Origin: a virus
Taxonomy: Duplodnaviria; Caudoviricetes
DNA: 61,782 nt
IMG/VR virus record: IMGVR_UViG_3300023174_000175
Coordinates: 1-61,782 of that record
Strand: one strand, 5' to 3'
The translations under genes and the position numbers were made by a program. Each line of letters begins with the position of its first letter. Position 1 is the first letter of the stretch. Below are positions 9,399-18,257 of this stretch, in pieces. The notes beneath the pieces are model-generated. The model made no database searches and was not told where the DNA came from. It was given only the letters and a program-made list of their open reading frames with translations.

Positions 9399-9653
9399 TT
9401 ACAATTCTTTGGGTTTATTGTCATCTTTAGCCTGACATTTGCAATTATCACTTTCGCAACCGCCAACAACATCCCAATCAAACATGTCCCACTCAACAAC
9501 TTTAGGCTCACGCTTAGGGAGGCTATTGCGAATCCAACTCAAAGCCGTCATAACCAACGCAATCCAACCAAGAATTTGAACAGTGTATTCATGCCAATAA
9601 AAAGCCAAACCAACAATTGTGCCATTGACCGCAAACTTAAAATAACCGTACAT
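9399..9653 (-). CDS. Small membrane protein
   Basis: Two hydrophobic segments; coupled to ssb. Confidence 0.65.
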   Translation of the reverse strand: MYGYFKFAVNGTIVGLAFYWHEYTVQILGWIALVMTALSWIRNSLPKREPKVVEWDMFDWDVVGGCESDNCKCQAKDDNKPKEL

Positions 9654-10072
9654 TAGAACGGAAATTCTTCAGACGGTGCAGGTGTAGCCCAAGGGTCAAC
9701 TTCTTTAGAACGATTAGAACCCGAACCCTTATTAATACTCACAGGGTCACGCTTCAAATCAACTGCAACATTGTAAGCCTGAATTTGCATAGCCCCACCT
9801 TTGTTGCCTTCTTTGTTTTCCCATTCTTTCCAAGATGCCTTGCCGTAAACAACAACGGGGGAACCCTTGGTCAAAGATTCAGCAACATTTTCGCCCAACT
9901 TGTCCCAAGCAGAAACACGCCAAGCCGTTACATCGGTTGATTCCCAACCAGAATCTGTTTTCTTAGATGTTGAAGTTAGAACTGTAAAAGTTGCTACAGC
10001 CTTACCTTCTTTAGTAAATCGCAACTCAGGGTCGCCAGCAAGATTCCCGATTACGGTTACATTTGCACTCAT
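9653..10072 (-). CDS. ssb: Single-stranded DNA-binding protein
   Basis: VIGNLAGDPELRFT, AENV-like ENVAESL, acidic EEFPF tail; actinobacterial style. Confidence 0.95.
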   Translation of the reverse strand: MSANVTVIGNLAGDPELRFTKEGKAVATFTVLTSTSKKTDSGWESTDVTAWRVSAWDKLGENVAESLTKGSPVVVYGKASWKEWENKEGNKGGAMQIQAYNVAVDLKRDPVSINKGSGSNRSKEVDPWATPAPSEEFPF

Positions 10073-10401
10073 TCGTTTTCCTTTTCCTTTTGGAGTTCTT
10101 TAATCAAAGCCCTTTTTTCACGGGCTTTAATTGCTTGAGGTGTTGTTGACAAAAACTCAAAAATTGGTTTTGCAACAATTCCCCTAGTCTTTCTTATCAC
10201 TTTTCGTTGCGGATAGGTAGTACCGCCCCAAATTCCTTGAACATCAGTTTGTACAGCGTACTCCAAGCATTCCTCAAGGAAGTGACATTTTTTGCAAATT
10301 TCCATTGCATCACGGTTTGCTCGTATAAGCGAACCATCTGGAAACCACATCTCTGGGTCAACTTGGGCACAAAGTTGCGACCCATCAAACTTTGGGTACA
10401 A
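10069..10401 (-). CDS. whiB: WhiB-family Fe-S transcription factor
   Basis: CAQVDPEMWFP...CKKC...CLEYA...GIWGG. Confidence 0.95.
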   Translation of the reverse strand: MYPKFDGSQLCAQVDPEMWFPDGSLIRANRDAMEICKKCHFLEECLEYAVQTDVQGIWGGTTYPQRKVIRKTRGIVAKPIFEFLSTTPQAIKAREKRALIKELQKEKENE

Positions 10402-10665
10402 CTAATCTTCCTCTTCTTCTGAAGATAAGATTTCGTCCAACTCAGATTGTGATTTTGCCAGAATCCCAACATGATGCCACGGTGGTGCCTTGTCATCGGT
10501 TAAAGTAACGGTGTAATACTCACCATTAATTGCAACCCATTCCGTTGCCAAAACCCACGCTGTTGAAAGTGCCCCTTCAGGAAACATTTCTTTTTGGATT
10601 TCGTACAGCATGTTGTCCACGGGGGACTTTTCTGACGCTTCAACAGCATCATCATCTTTTGGCAT
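10402..10665 (-). CDS. Hypothetical acidic protein
   Basis: ORF fitting the operon. Confidence 0.7.
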   Translation of the reverse strand: MPKDDDAVEASEKSPVDNMLYEIQKEMFPEGALSTAWVLATEWVAINGEYYTVTLTDDKAPPWHHVGILAKSQSELDEILSSEEEED

Positions 10666-10674
10666 GCACCTATT

Positions 10675-10803
10675 CTATTGTTTGTCCTTCAAGTTCTTAA
10701 GCAACTCGCAAGTTGAGCATTTTCCCAATTTCAACATTGGCTCCCAAACACGATGCCCACAATCGGGACAATCAACAATTTTGGTGTCGGGCAATTCCGA
10801 CAT
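10675..10803 (-). CDS. Small CxxC...CxxC zinc-ribbon protein (42 aa)
   Basis: MSELPDTKIVDCPDCGHR...CSTC. Confidence 0.55.
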   Translation of the reverse strand: MSELPDTKIVDCPDCGHRVWEPMLKLGKCSTCELLKNLKDKQ

Positions 10804-10805
10804 AA

Positions 10806-11285
10806 TTAATACCAGCCCTGCCGATTATGAAAATCTAACGCTGAACATGGTGTGCCGTAACGATTTTGGATGTAACCAATTCCCCAACGGATTTGGGTTT
10901 TGCCGTTCGTAAGGTAATCGGCACCAGCAGAACGCATTTTTGATGCAGGTAACGCTTGTGGAATGCCATGGGCACCTGAACTGGAATTGTGTGCCCGTGG
11001 ATTCCAGCCTGATTCCTGATTCCACAATTTCACCAAGCAAGAATGTTGGTGTGAACTCCAACCCCGTTTAACGCCCTGAGAACGGGCATAGGAGCGTAAA
11101 GAAACCTTTACTGGTGGCTTTGTATGGGCAATTACTGAAACTGCCTGAGATTTGTTTTTAGCATCGTATTTGGCTAGGGCAACTGCGTCCGAGTATTCCA
11201 ATGAGCCACAAAACCCAATTGCCAAAAATACTAAAAATGCGTAAAAGGTATTTACAACCGCTTTTCCTCGTTTGGTTAATTTCAT
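10806..11285 (-). CDS. Lytic transglycosylase (Rpf/APF-like) with N-terminal TM
   Basis: WNQESGWN, SGAHGIPQALP, QIRWGIGYIQNRYG, GWY. Confidence 0.9.
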   Translation of the reverse strand: MKLTKRGKAVVNTFYAFLVFLAIGFCGSLEYSDAVALAKYDAKNKSQAVSVIAHTKPPVKVSLRSYARSQGVKRGWSSHQHSCLVKLWNQESGWNPRAHNSSSGAHGIPQALPASKMRSAGADYLTNGKTQIRWGIGYIQNRYGTPCSALDFHNRQGWY

Positions 11286-11842
11286 GATTCCTCCGTGTGT
11301 CCACAGTTGCTACATGTGTGAATGCGTTTCTTACGCCCGTGAGGGCTTGTCTGACGCTCGTTGACGAACTCAGGTAACACATACACCGCAGAACGACTGC
11401 GTTTTTCTACTAGGCGATTTATTCGGTTTTCTAGGTGCAGAACCGACAACACACTTGTTGCTTGACCATGATGCCAGCCAAAGTGGGAAGCCAACTCTTT
11501 CCAAGTTAAGCCCAGAATACCAGCACCAGCCAACGCCTTAATTGTGTCTTTTTGTCGCTTACTGGTTGTACCGTCCAAATCTTCAGCAATAGCACGGGCT
11601 TTAGAAGTTTCAGAACCTGACCAGCCCGAAGTGTCGGCGTATGGCAAAAGTGGGAAATCTGCATTAAAATTATTTGCGACCCAATCTGTTTGTGGGGTTA
11701 ACGCATTGACGAACTGCTCTAGTGCTTCAAAGCGTCCACAATCGGAGCAGACACGGGTTTTATTATCTGTCCGAGATAGGGCTGGTGGAACTTTACTGAT
11801 GTCGCCACATCGGGGACATTTGAATGGGGGTTGCTGGGTCAT
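11282..11842 (-). CDS. Zinc-finger/HTH hypothetical protein
   Basis: CPRC..ALSRTDN..CSDC; LTWKELA..GWHHG; C-terminal CSNC. Confidence 0.7.
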   Translation of the reverse strand: MTQQPPFKCPRCGDISKVPPALSRTDNKTRVCSDCGRFEALEQFVNALTPQTDWVANNFNADFPLLPYADTSGWSGSETSKARAIAEDLDGTTSKRQKDTIKALAGAGILGLTWKELASHFGWHHGQATSVLSVLHLENRINRLVEKRSRSAVYVLPEFVNERQTSPHGRKKRIHTCSNCGHTEES

Positions 11843-11843
11843 G

Positions 11844-12005
11844 TTAAACGCCTACTGCTTTCAGTTCGTAGCCTTCATACTTAAAAGCCCAATCAGCCGA
11901 GTATGAATGATTTTTGTGGATGTATGCGAGAACCCCTATCCAATCGTCAAATAATTGAATAGGTTTTCCGTCACGAAATAGTTGGTATTTTATTTGCTCT
12001 GACAT
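11844..12005 (-). CDS. Hypothetical protein
   Basis: AGGAAGGA RBS before ATG 12005. Confidence 0.65.
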   Translation of the reverse strand: MSEQIKYQLFRDGKPIQLFDDWIGVLAYIHKNHSYSADWAFKYEGYELKAVGV

Positions 12006-12016
12006 GTTTTTCCTTC

Positions 12017-12346
12017 CTAGTAGGTTCCGACTGGAGATTGACCAAGTTGCTGACCTGACCAAATGTTTTGTGCGAACTTGTAGTCATTGATTCGGATTGA
12101 CCACCAGCCACCGTAAGATTCGTAAATTTTCAACTTTCGTGAAAACGCAATGCCATCGAATTCATCTTCAACTGGCACCACATAGTCGGCGTAACTGGTA
12201 GATTCGCCAACGAATTTTTTCGCAAGTTTTCGCAACTTGACGCTTTTTTCGGTGACACCTACGACTTTGTAGAAATCATAAAATGTCGCATCGTATCCGT
12301 ATGAGGCATAGAGAATGTCCCCCACGGCTGGCTTTTGATTTTCCAT
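12017..12346 (-). CDS. Hypothetical protein (VGDILYASYGY..T..DFYKV family)
   Basis: RBS and repeated promoter motif upstream. Confidence 0.75.
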   Translation of the reverse strand: MENQKPAVGDILYASYGYDATFYDFYKVVGVTEKSVKLRKLAKKFVGESTSYADYVVPVEDEFDGIAFSRKLKIYESYGGWWSIRINDYKFAQNIWSGQQLGQSPVGTY

Positions 12347-12351
12347 TTTTT

Positions 12352-12400
12352 GTCCTTCCTTTTTGCTTACACTTAATTGTAACACACTTTTGGTTTAGTT
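12352..12400 (-). promoter_or_regulatory. Repeated promoter + RBS cassette
   Basis: AACTAAACCAAAAGTGTGTTACAATTAAGTGT...AGGAAGGAC; extended -10 TGtTACAAT. Confidence 0.8.
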
Positions 12401-12700
12401 ATTACCATTGAAAACTGCTTGATTGTTTGGGAATTCCCGAACAAACGCTTGCCCAGCCACAACCTCTTCAGGGATTTCTTGAATCTTTACAACATCATCA
12501 CCAAAAACGGATTTTAGGAACTGCGATGCTTCGTAATCTTCTTCAAGGTAAATGACTTTTGCAAAATCATCTATGTAGCCAAAACCAGTTCCAAAGTTAA
12601 ACGCTTTAGGGAACTTCTCTAGCGACACCGCTAACCACCCGTGGCTATCGTCCGAAATAAACTTCATACCTACTTCACTTGCTTTTGCTTTTGCATTCAT
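12395..12700 (-). CDS. Hypothetical protein (D..HGWLAV...YLEED family)
   Basis: RBS and promoter cassette upstream. Confidence 0.75.
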   Translation of the reverse strand: MNAKAKASEVGMKFISDDSHGWLAVSLEKFPKAFNFGTGFGYIDDFAKVIYLEEDYEASQFLKSVFGDDVVKIQEIPEEVVAGQAFVREFPNNQAVFNGNN

Positions 12701-12705
12701 GCTCT

Positions 12706-12747
12706 GTCCTTCCTGACACTTTAATTGTAACACACTTTAAGTTTACT
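12706..12747 (-). promoter_or_regulatory. Repeated promoter + RBS cassette
   Basis: AGTAAACTTAAAGTGTGTTACAATTAAAGTGTCAGGAAGGAC. Confidence 0.8.
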
Positions 12748-12755
12748 TTTTACCA

Positions 12756-13691
12756 CTAGATTTCCCCACGCAAACGCTTCCAAGATTCACGAGCATCCAA
12801 AGTTTTTTTAACTCGCTTGGCAACCTTCTTGTCCAAGTCGGCACGAACCGCGTCAACTGATACACCATGTTTACCAGCAAGGGCTGACAAAATGTTTTCC
12901 AAAGATTCTTGAATAACCGCAACCTCATCTTCAGGCTTGTTGCTTTTCCAAAGAGCCAACGATTCAGATTTGTCAACATACCAAATCCGAGCCGTCCGTT
13001 CGGTTTTCAACTCTTCCACCACAAACTTGTCATTTCGCTTGTAGCCATCCGAAACCAAAAGTTCCGAACCGTCAACTGTTGGAGCCGATGCAATTCGTTT
13101 TGCTTCACGAACCTTTTTGGCTTCAGCCCGTTCAGCCTTCCGTGCTTCCTTTTCCAACTTTTCCTCAGTGACAATCACTGATGGACGGTTAAGAACTTCG
13201 GCAGGAGCCGATGGATAACACACGGTACAAGCATCTTGACCAGCATCCGACACAATGTCTTCTTCAGGTGAGCCACTGTATTGAACCAACCACTGATAAT
13301 GAGTTGATGGAAAACATGTTGAACAGTTTTGGTTTTTGTGAACATGCCCGTTGGTGTTGGTAACTAAGTAAGCCCGTGTCCATTTGTGCTGAAGATAAAT
13401 TGCGTTCAAGTTGTTGATGCGGATTCCGATTTCATTTGCCTCGGCTCGTGCCTGTCGGTACTTTGCAATGATTTCTTGAACGCGAGTGTTATCTGGACTC
13501 ACGCTGTCAATTACGCTTCCGATTGATTCGCTGTAAACCCGTTCAAATTTGATAATTTCGTATTTGGCATTAGCAGACCAATAAATTTCTGAGGTGTATC
13601 GTTCAATTTGAGATTGTGCCCCAGCAAGTTTGAATAGTTCTTCTGCAATTGCTGTATCGGTAGCAACTGCGAGGGTTTTTATGTCGGTCAT
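12756..13691 (-). CDS. Hypothetical actinophage-type protein (GHVH..CSTC..CTVCYP)
   Basis: 311-aa ORF with its own promoter/RBS. Confidence 0.8.
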   Translation of the reverse strand: MTDIKTLAVATDTAIAEELFKLAGAQSQIERYTSEIYWSANAKYEIIKFERVYSESIGSVIDSVSPDNTRVQEIIAKYRQARAEANEIGIRINNLNAIYLQHKWTRAYLVTNTNGHVHKNQNCSTCFPSTHYQWLVQYSGSPEEDIVSDAGQDACTVCYPSAPAEVLNRPSVIVTEEKLEKEARKAERAEAKKVREAKRIASAPTVDGSELLVSDGYKRNDKFVVEELKTERTARIWYVDKSESLALWKSNKPEDEVAVIQESLENILSALAGKHGVSVDAVRADLDKKVAKRVKKTLDARESWKRLRGEI

Positions 13692-13696
13692 GATTT

Positions 13697-13743
13697 GTCC
13701 TTCCTGTTGACACTTTCAGTGTAACACACTTTTGGTTTAGTTT
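13697..13743 (-). promoter_or_regulatory. Repeated promoter + RBS cassette
   Basis: AAACTAAACCAAAAGTGTGTTACACTGAAAGTGT...AGGAAGGAC. Confidence 0.8.
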
Positions 13744-13749
13744 TGACCA

Positions 13750-13974
13750 TTACGCAAGATTGACCCTGCGTAACGATGCACACGGATACGGTTGCCTTGA
13801 TTCGACATCGCCGATTACTTGCTTGCACTGGATACAAAACCCGTCAACATTTTTGTGTCGCTCTAAATGGCTTTGTTGAACTTCTGCATAAGTCGGCAGT
13901 TTTTCTTTTGGCTTTCGCTTTTGAACGCCGTACTGCTTGAGAAGTTCTTCCCTAGACAATTTGGTTTTTGTCAT
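13750..13974 (-). CDS. Small H..CxxC..YPC zinc-binding protein
   Basis: ERH..CIQC..QPYPC; similar to 24074 and 24316. Confidence 0.65.
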   Translation of the reverse strand: MTKTKLSREELLKQYGVQKRKPKEKLPTYAEVQQSHLERHKNVDGFCIQCKQVIGDVESRQPYPCASLRRVNLA

Positions 13975-14067
13975 TCCTACCTCCTACTACCATTATACCA
14001 CAACTTTGGTTTAGTTTTAACCATTGGTATTAAAGGGTTTTTGGCACACCTAAACTAAACCTCCGAT

Positions 14068-14096
14068 TTCATAATTGTCAGTGAACCTGCTACAAT
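14068..14096 (+). promoter_or_regulatory. Putative promoter for the plus-strand block
   Basis: TTCATA-17-TACAAT with TG extension; divergent from the minus-strand promoter near 13991-14017. Confidence 0.55.
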
Positions 14097-14114
14097 GGTT
14101 ATGTGGGAGAAAAC

Positions 14115-14906
14115 ATGACAAAGCAAGTTCGATGGAAATGCCCATCGTGTAACAGTGGTGTTTTGAACTCGTCACGCCCACGCATGAATGATGTCAAACG
14201 ATACTGTTTGCCGTGTTCTTCAAAGTCTGGGGTGCTGGTTCAGCGAATCGCACCTGCACTTGAAAAACAGCGTGACGCATCAAAAACCAAACAAGTGGCA
14301 AAGCAAACTGCCAAACGACAAAAAGAATCTGCCAAACGAAAAAAGCAAAATGAGCGAGATAAAGCCCAGCGAGCAATTTGGCGTGAGCAACGATTGACCG
14401 CCGAACGGGAAAAGAAAATTGCTAAAGCCGAATTGAACTGGGTTGGCGATTTGAACATTCCTAAAGAAGCCGTGAGGCTTTGGAAATTGTTGGAACCGTA
14501 TCACCGTGGTCGGGCGTTACCGCCGATTGAGATTCGGGACAACAACTACAGGGGAAACTTAGGTTGGGCACATGTTAGCCAATCGTGGCGTGGCATCGTG
14601 GTCAAAAAGCAAAGCAATGAATCTGCGACTTGGATGTTGTTGCTACACGAATTGACGCACATGGCTGTTGGCGTTCGATACCCGAATGGTCGCAGTGGTC
14701 GTTGTTCGGCACACGATGAAACTTTTTACAAAGCGATGAAAGATGTGACGGAACGGCGATGGAAAACTAGAATCTCATTTTATGAAGTCACCAAGTATGG
14801 CTACATTGTGGATGGCATAATTGGAAGCCAACTACGCAAACAAGGTGTGGTGAAATTCCCACCACGCTACAAGACCAAGAAGCAAATAATGGAAGAGGTT
14901 GCATGA
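14115..14906 (+). CDS. SprT-like HExxH metalloprotease with N-terminal zinc ribbon
   Basis: CPSC..CLPC; basic coil; LLHELTH...AHDETF. Confidence 0.7.
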   Translation: MTKQVRWKCPSCNSGVLNSSRPRMNDVKRYCLPCSSKSGVLVQRIAPALEKQRDASKTKQVAKQTAKRQKESAKRKKQNERDKAQRAIWREQRLTAEREKKIAKAELNWVGDLNIPKEAVRLWKLLEPYHRGRALPPIEIRDNNYRGNLGWAHVSQSWRGIVVKKQSNESATWMLLLHELTHMAVGVRYPNGRSGRCSAHDETFYKAMKDVTERRWKTRISFYEVTKYGYIVDGIIGSQLRKQGVVKFPPRYKTKKQIMEEVA

Positions 14907-15121
14907 GGCTTTATCACGGTGACGACATGAATCGAACTCCCCGACAATACGAAGCAAAACCTATTGGCTACAACTTTATGTGCCGATACAATCCCCGAAC
15001 AAAAACTTGGGCGTGTTGGAAAGTTGATGGGATGGGTAATCCTGTTCCGCAACTCAATGGCGAAATTGAAAAAGTGTTTAGTACCAAGAGCGAAATGGTT
15101 AATTTTGTTTTTGGCATGTAG
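14903..15121 (+). CDS. Hypothetical protein
   Basis: ATGA coupling. Confidence 0.6.
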   Translation: MRLYHGDDMNRTPRQYEAKPIGYNFMCRYNPRTKTWACWKVDGMGNPVPQLNGEIEKVFSTKSEMVNFVFGM

Positions 15122-15155
15122 CCGTGGTAGCGTATACACAACAGGAAGGACGGGC

Positions 15156-15362
15156 ATGGAAAAGTTCAATGTCAAAATCGGTGACAAGATTCAATACCGA
15201 AACAACTCAGGTCAACTTTTATCAATTGAAGTTACCAGTATCGAAATCGAAAACAGTCAAGGTGTATTCCTTGGCGAAACATTACCCGAACACCACAATG
15301 GAAAAGTCGAACTCGTTTGGGGTTGGGCTGACCAAATTGTAAAAGTTCTAGAGGAGGACTAA
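15156..15362 (+). CDS. Hypothetical protein
   Basis: AGGAAGGAC RBS before ATG 15156. Confidence 0.7.
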   Translation: MEKFNVKIGDKIQYRNNSGQLLSIEVTSIEIENSQGVFLGETLPEHHNGKVELVWGWADQIVKVLEED

Positions 15363-15550
15363 TGAATTCTGATGAATGGAAAGGTTCGGGTGTGTTGTCT
15401 TACGATGTAGCAATTAAAGTTTCGTGCCCAAATGAAAAATGTGATTTTGATGAAGTCACGGATGTTCGTGTGGATGATTGGAAAAACTATTGGTTTGATT
15501 GTCCCAAGTGTGATTTTGATGACCAACTCAAAAGCGACACGCCGTTTTAG
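15362..15550 (+). CDS. Small zinc-ribbon protein
   Basis: CPNEKC...CPKC; TAATG coupling. Confidence 0.65.
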   Translation: MNSDEWKGSGVLSYDVAIKVSCPNEKCDFDEVTDVRVDDWKNYWFDCPKCDFDDQLKSDTPF

Positions 15551-15610
15551 GTTGTTGCTTAAAACTAACGCCAATACTAAATTGGTACTAAACCCCTACG
15601 AGAGGAAACT

Positions 15611-16027
15611 ATGAAGAAACCCCTAATAGCCGTAATCGGCTCTGCACTGCTGGTGCTGTCACTAACCGCTTGCGGTGGTGGGTCAACATCAGCCACGGAT
15701 ACAACAAGCACCACAGACACTACTGCTGTTGAAACTCCAATTGATGTCCCAGTTGATAGTGGATACACAAACGCTGAAGACGAATTTTTGTTTGATGTAC
15801 ATAATGTTGATAACCCAGTTATTGAAAAAAACACAGATAAACAAATTTTGGAAACTGGTCACATTGTTTGCGACACATTAGATTCTGGTGAAACCGTTAC
15901 CACAATTTCTAATTACTTAACCTCAACAGGTGACTATGAAGGTGATACCGCAATTGAATTTGTGGCATCAATGGTTGTTGGTGCAGTAATCAATCTTTGC
16001 CCCGAATACAAATACCAGTTGCCGTAA
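15611..16027 (+). CDS. DUF732-like lipoprotein
   Basis: Signal peptide with lipobox LTAC, Thr-rich linker, GHIVCDTL..G...AVINLCP. Confidence 0.85.
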   Translation: MKKPLIAVIGSALLVLSLTACGGGSTSATDTTSTTDTTAVETPIDVPVDSGYTNAEDEFLFDVHNVDNPVIEKNTDKQILETGHIVCDTLDSGETVTTISNYLTSTGDYEGDTAIEFVASMVVGAVINLCPEYKYQLP

Positions 16028-16194
16028 TGGTGACAAATCAATTTGGTACAGAGTGTCCACACTTTGTAATCAAAACCGCAGATGCTGTGACGCTGGCAAA
16101 TGTCACTGGTTCAGTATTTTGCGAATTATGTAAAAACCCCAAAACTCCACAAACTTTGTGGGAAAGGAAATTTGGTCAAAATGGCGAAAAGTAA
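16027..16194 (+). CDS. Hypothetical protein
   Basis: CPH..CELC; coupled start. Confidence 0.5.
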   Translation: MVTNQFGTECPHFVIKTADAVTLANVTGSVFCELCKNPKTPQTLWERKFGQNGEK

Positions 16195-16408
16195 AAATCT
16201 AACTGGAATGAAGTGGCTACGCACCGAAATGGAACGCAACGGCTACAAGTCGTTAGAAGCAGTGGCAACTGAAATGAGCATCAATCGTGGAAACCTTTAT
16301 CGGTATTTCACTTTTGAGAATCGTCCCAGTGTTGACATGCTTCCAGTAATGGCAACTGCTCTAGACACCACAATTGACGATGTGTTGATTGCTTTAGAAG
16401 TGGTTTAG
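16181..16408 (+). CDS. XRE-family HTH regulator
   Basis: SLEAVATEMSINRGNLYRY...RPS. Confidence 0.8.
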   Translation: MAKSKNLTGMKWLRTEMERNGYKSLEAVATEMSINRGNLYRYFTFENRPSVDMLPVMATALDTTIDDVLIALEVV

Positions 16409-16460
16409 CCCCATAAATTTGTAGTCTTAGGTTTTGATGTTGTTGTCCTAAGATTTTGGA

Positions 16461-16492
16461 GGTGGGTTGCTCCGCCACTGCAAACACGGAGC
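16461..16492 (+). ncRNA. Candidate H-type pseudoknot in the leader of 16531
   Basis: GGTGG/CCACT and GCTCCG/CGGAGC form interlocked stems. Confidence 0.4.
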
Positions 16493-16530
16493 CTTTAAAC
16501 TTTTAATAAGAATCTACAAAAGGAACTCAA

Positions 16531-16893
16531 ATGGCTGAAATTGTTGTATTTGCTAAAGAAGATGTTGGTCGCCTAATTGACGCATCGCAAGAATGGCGAA
16601 TCATTAGCGGTGCAATTCGATTAGCGGTAACTGCTGGTTATCAAATTACCCCATCAGATGCAATTGCTGTTGAAGCGTTTGAAAATGAATTCCCCAAATA
16701 CACTGATGCGTTTGGAATAGTCCGAGAAACGGCTCAGACGCTTTTTGACGAGAATGGATTGGCTGACCGTGCAATTACTTGGCTCAATAAAGAAAAGGCT
16801 CCAGAAGGCTGTGCTTTTCATTTTCATGAAGGTGCTTTTTACTTGTCTGAGTTGGAGGAAAAGAATTCTGGGGAGGAATCTAATGGCGAGTGA
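16531..16893 (+). CDS. Hypothetical protein
   Basis: AAGGAA RBS; 120 aa. Confidence 0.75.
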   Translation: MAEIVVFAKEDVGRLIDASQEWRIISGAIRLAVTAGYQITPSDAIAVEAFENEFPKYTDAFGIVRETAQTLFDENGLADRAITWLNKEKAPEGCAFHFHEGAFYLSELEEKNSGEESNGE

Positions 16894-17044
16894 AGAAGAA
16901 TTAAACAAAATTTTTGGTGAAGCACATAACTCTTTAGTGCAAGGTGCGATTGCGATGCACGAATTGTTTTTGTCTTTTATGAAGGCTGGGTTTACTGAGG
17001 CTCAGGCGTTAACTCTTGTTGTTGAAGCGATGAAAAAAGATTAA
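16883..17044 (+). CDS. Small actinophage-type protein (HELF..F..AGFTE.QAL)
   Basis: GGAGG RBS; recognisable motif. Confidence 0.7.
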   Translation: MASEEELNKIFGEAHNSLVQGAIAMHELFLSFMKAGFTEAQALTLVVEAMKKD

Positions 17045-17250
17045 TTATGGGTTGGGCTTTTATCGGGGTCATGGTTTGGCTTTTAGGAATTGTGTTGTGG
17101 GTCAACCGTGGAAATCGGTAACGAGGTTTCTGTCAGATGTTCGTGGTGTAATAAATCAACTGATGAACCTAAAGTTTTTTTGGGTTGGAACATTTTGTGC
17201 CCAAAGTGCTTAAAGTACGCTTTTTCTGAATGGTTTGAAAATGGTAAAAA

Positions 17251-17298
17251 GTAAACTCAAAGTGTGTTACAATTAAAGTGTAGGGACGAGGAAGGACG
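17251..17298 (+). promoter_or_regulatory. Repeated promoter + RBS cassette (plus strand)
   Basis: GTAAACTCAAAGTGTGTTACAATTAAAGTGT...AGGAAGGAC before ATG 17304. Confidence 0.8.
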
Positions 17299-17392
17299 AA
17301 AAAATGGAAAGCAAAATTCTAATCATGGTTTGCCCCGACTGTAGAGGCATCATGGTTCCAGAAATTCACCCATGTAAGGAAGGACAATAAAC

Positions 17393-17599
17393 ATGACAAA
17401 ATACATCGTTGATGTAAATGTAGATGGAAAAGAAGTCAGGGTCTATGACCAAACCGCGAGCGATGTTGCAGTGTGGATTCTTCAAGAAAAACCATTCACA
17501 AAAATTGTAAAGCAAAGTCGTTATTACGCAGTAAAAAGCAGTGAACATCGTGATGGCGAAGAAGCCAAATGGATTGTGTTCGCAGAAGGGGGTTCATAA
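17393..17599 (+). CDS. Hypothetical protein
   Basis: AGGAAGGAC RBS. Confidence 0.65.
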   Translation: MTKYIVDVNVDGKEVRVYDQTASDVAVWILQEKPFTKIVKQSRYYAVKSSEHRDGEEAKWIVFAEGGS

Positions 17600-17856
17600 T
17601 GGGAACTGTAACTAAGAAGCAAGCAGAAAAAGCATTTGCACAAATCAAAAACAAATACAAAGGCTATTGGGGCGAAGGTCTAGACGAGCCGAAACTTGTC
17701 AAAGATTTCAACTGGTCAGGAACCAATGCACCATACGCAATTATTTGGGAATCAGGTCCATACGAATGGGCAATTGAATCATCATTCACTGTTCAAGTGG
17801 AAGGTGTTTTTGCGGAACCTTACACGGGTTGGGCACTAGGAATCTTTAAGGACTAA
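17599..17856 (+). CDS. Hypothetical protein (WESGPYEWA...FAEPY family)
   Basis: TAATG coupling. Confidence 0.7.
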   Translation: MGTVTKKQAEKAFAQIKNKYKGYWGEGLDEPKLVKDFNWSGTNAPYAIIWESGPYEWAIESSFTVQVEGVFAEPYTGWALGIFKD

Positions 17857-17858
17857 TC

Positions 17859-18080
17859 ATGAACTGTCAGATTTGTGAACCACTATTAGGTCGCGTTGTT
17901 CCCATGGAACGAATTGAAAAAAAGAGGCGACATGTTACGGGTACTCGGAAACGGGAATCAGGTGGCTGGACTTATGTTCGAAAAGTTCTTGACACTAGCG
18001 TTTCTTGGTATTGCCCAAACAGTTTCACTCATACAATCGTGGAAGAGGAAAATGATGAAACGGATAAAAGCGACACCTGA
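17859..18080 (+). CDS. Hypothetical protein
   Basis: CQIC...CPN. Confidence 0.55.
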   Translation: MNCQICEPLLGRVVPMERIEKKRRHVTGTRKRESGGWTYVRKVLDTSVSWYCPNSFTHTIVEEENDETDKSDT

Positions 18081-18189
18081 GCAACTCAAGGCTCGGTTAG
18101 AACTTCGGCGTTCATCAGCGTCAGGTGCCCACACATCAAAAAAGGTTTACAAGCGGAAACCCAAACATGCTTGCAATCCTGACGATTAG
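18052..18189 (+). CDS. Small basic protein (ELRRS.A.G.H...K.Y.R..KH)
   Basis: RBS GAGG; motif seen in small actinophage proteins. Confidence 0.55.
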   Translation: MMKRIKATPEQLKARLELRRSSASGAHTSKKVYKRKPKHACNPDD

Positions 18190-18208
18190 TCCTTAGAATC
18201 AGACATAG

Positions 18209-18253
18209 AAAAACCCCTGAAGGTTAATGGGAAGTCACCTTTAGGGGTTTTTT
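18209..18253. terminator. Bidirectional intrinsic terminator
   Basis: AAAAACCCCTGAAGGT...ACCTTTAGGGGTTTTTT between convergent genes. Confidence 0.85.
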
Positions 18254-18257
18254 GCTG

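Noticed and set aside
16181-16408. XRE protein as evidence of a lysogeny module
   Set aside because: No integrase, excisionase, ParA or att-like context was recognised.
16400-16530. tRNA gene in the intergenic gaps (also 29300-29450 and 39560-39790)
   Set aside because: No cloverleaf with a T-loop GTTCRA and matching acceptor stem was found.
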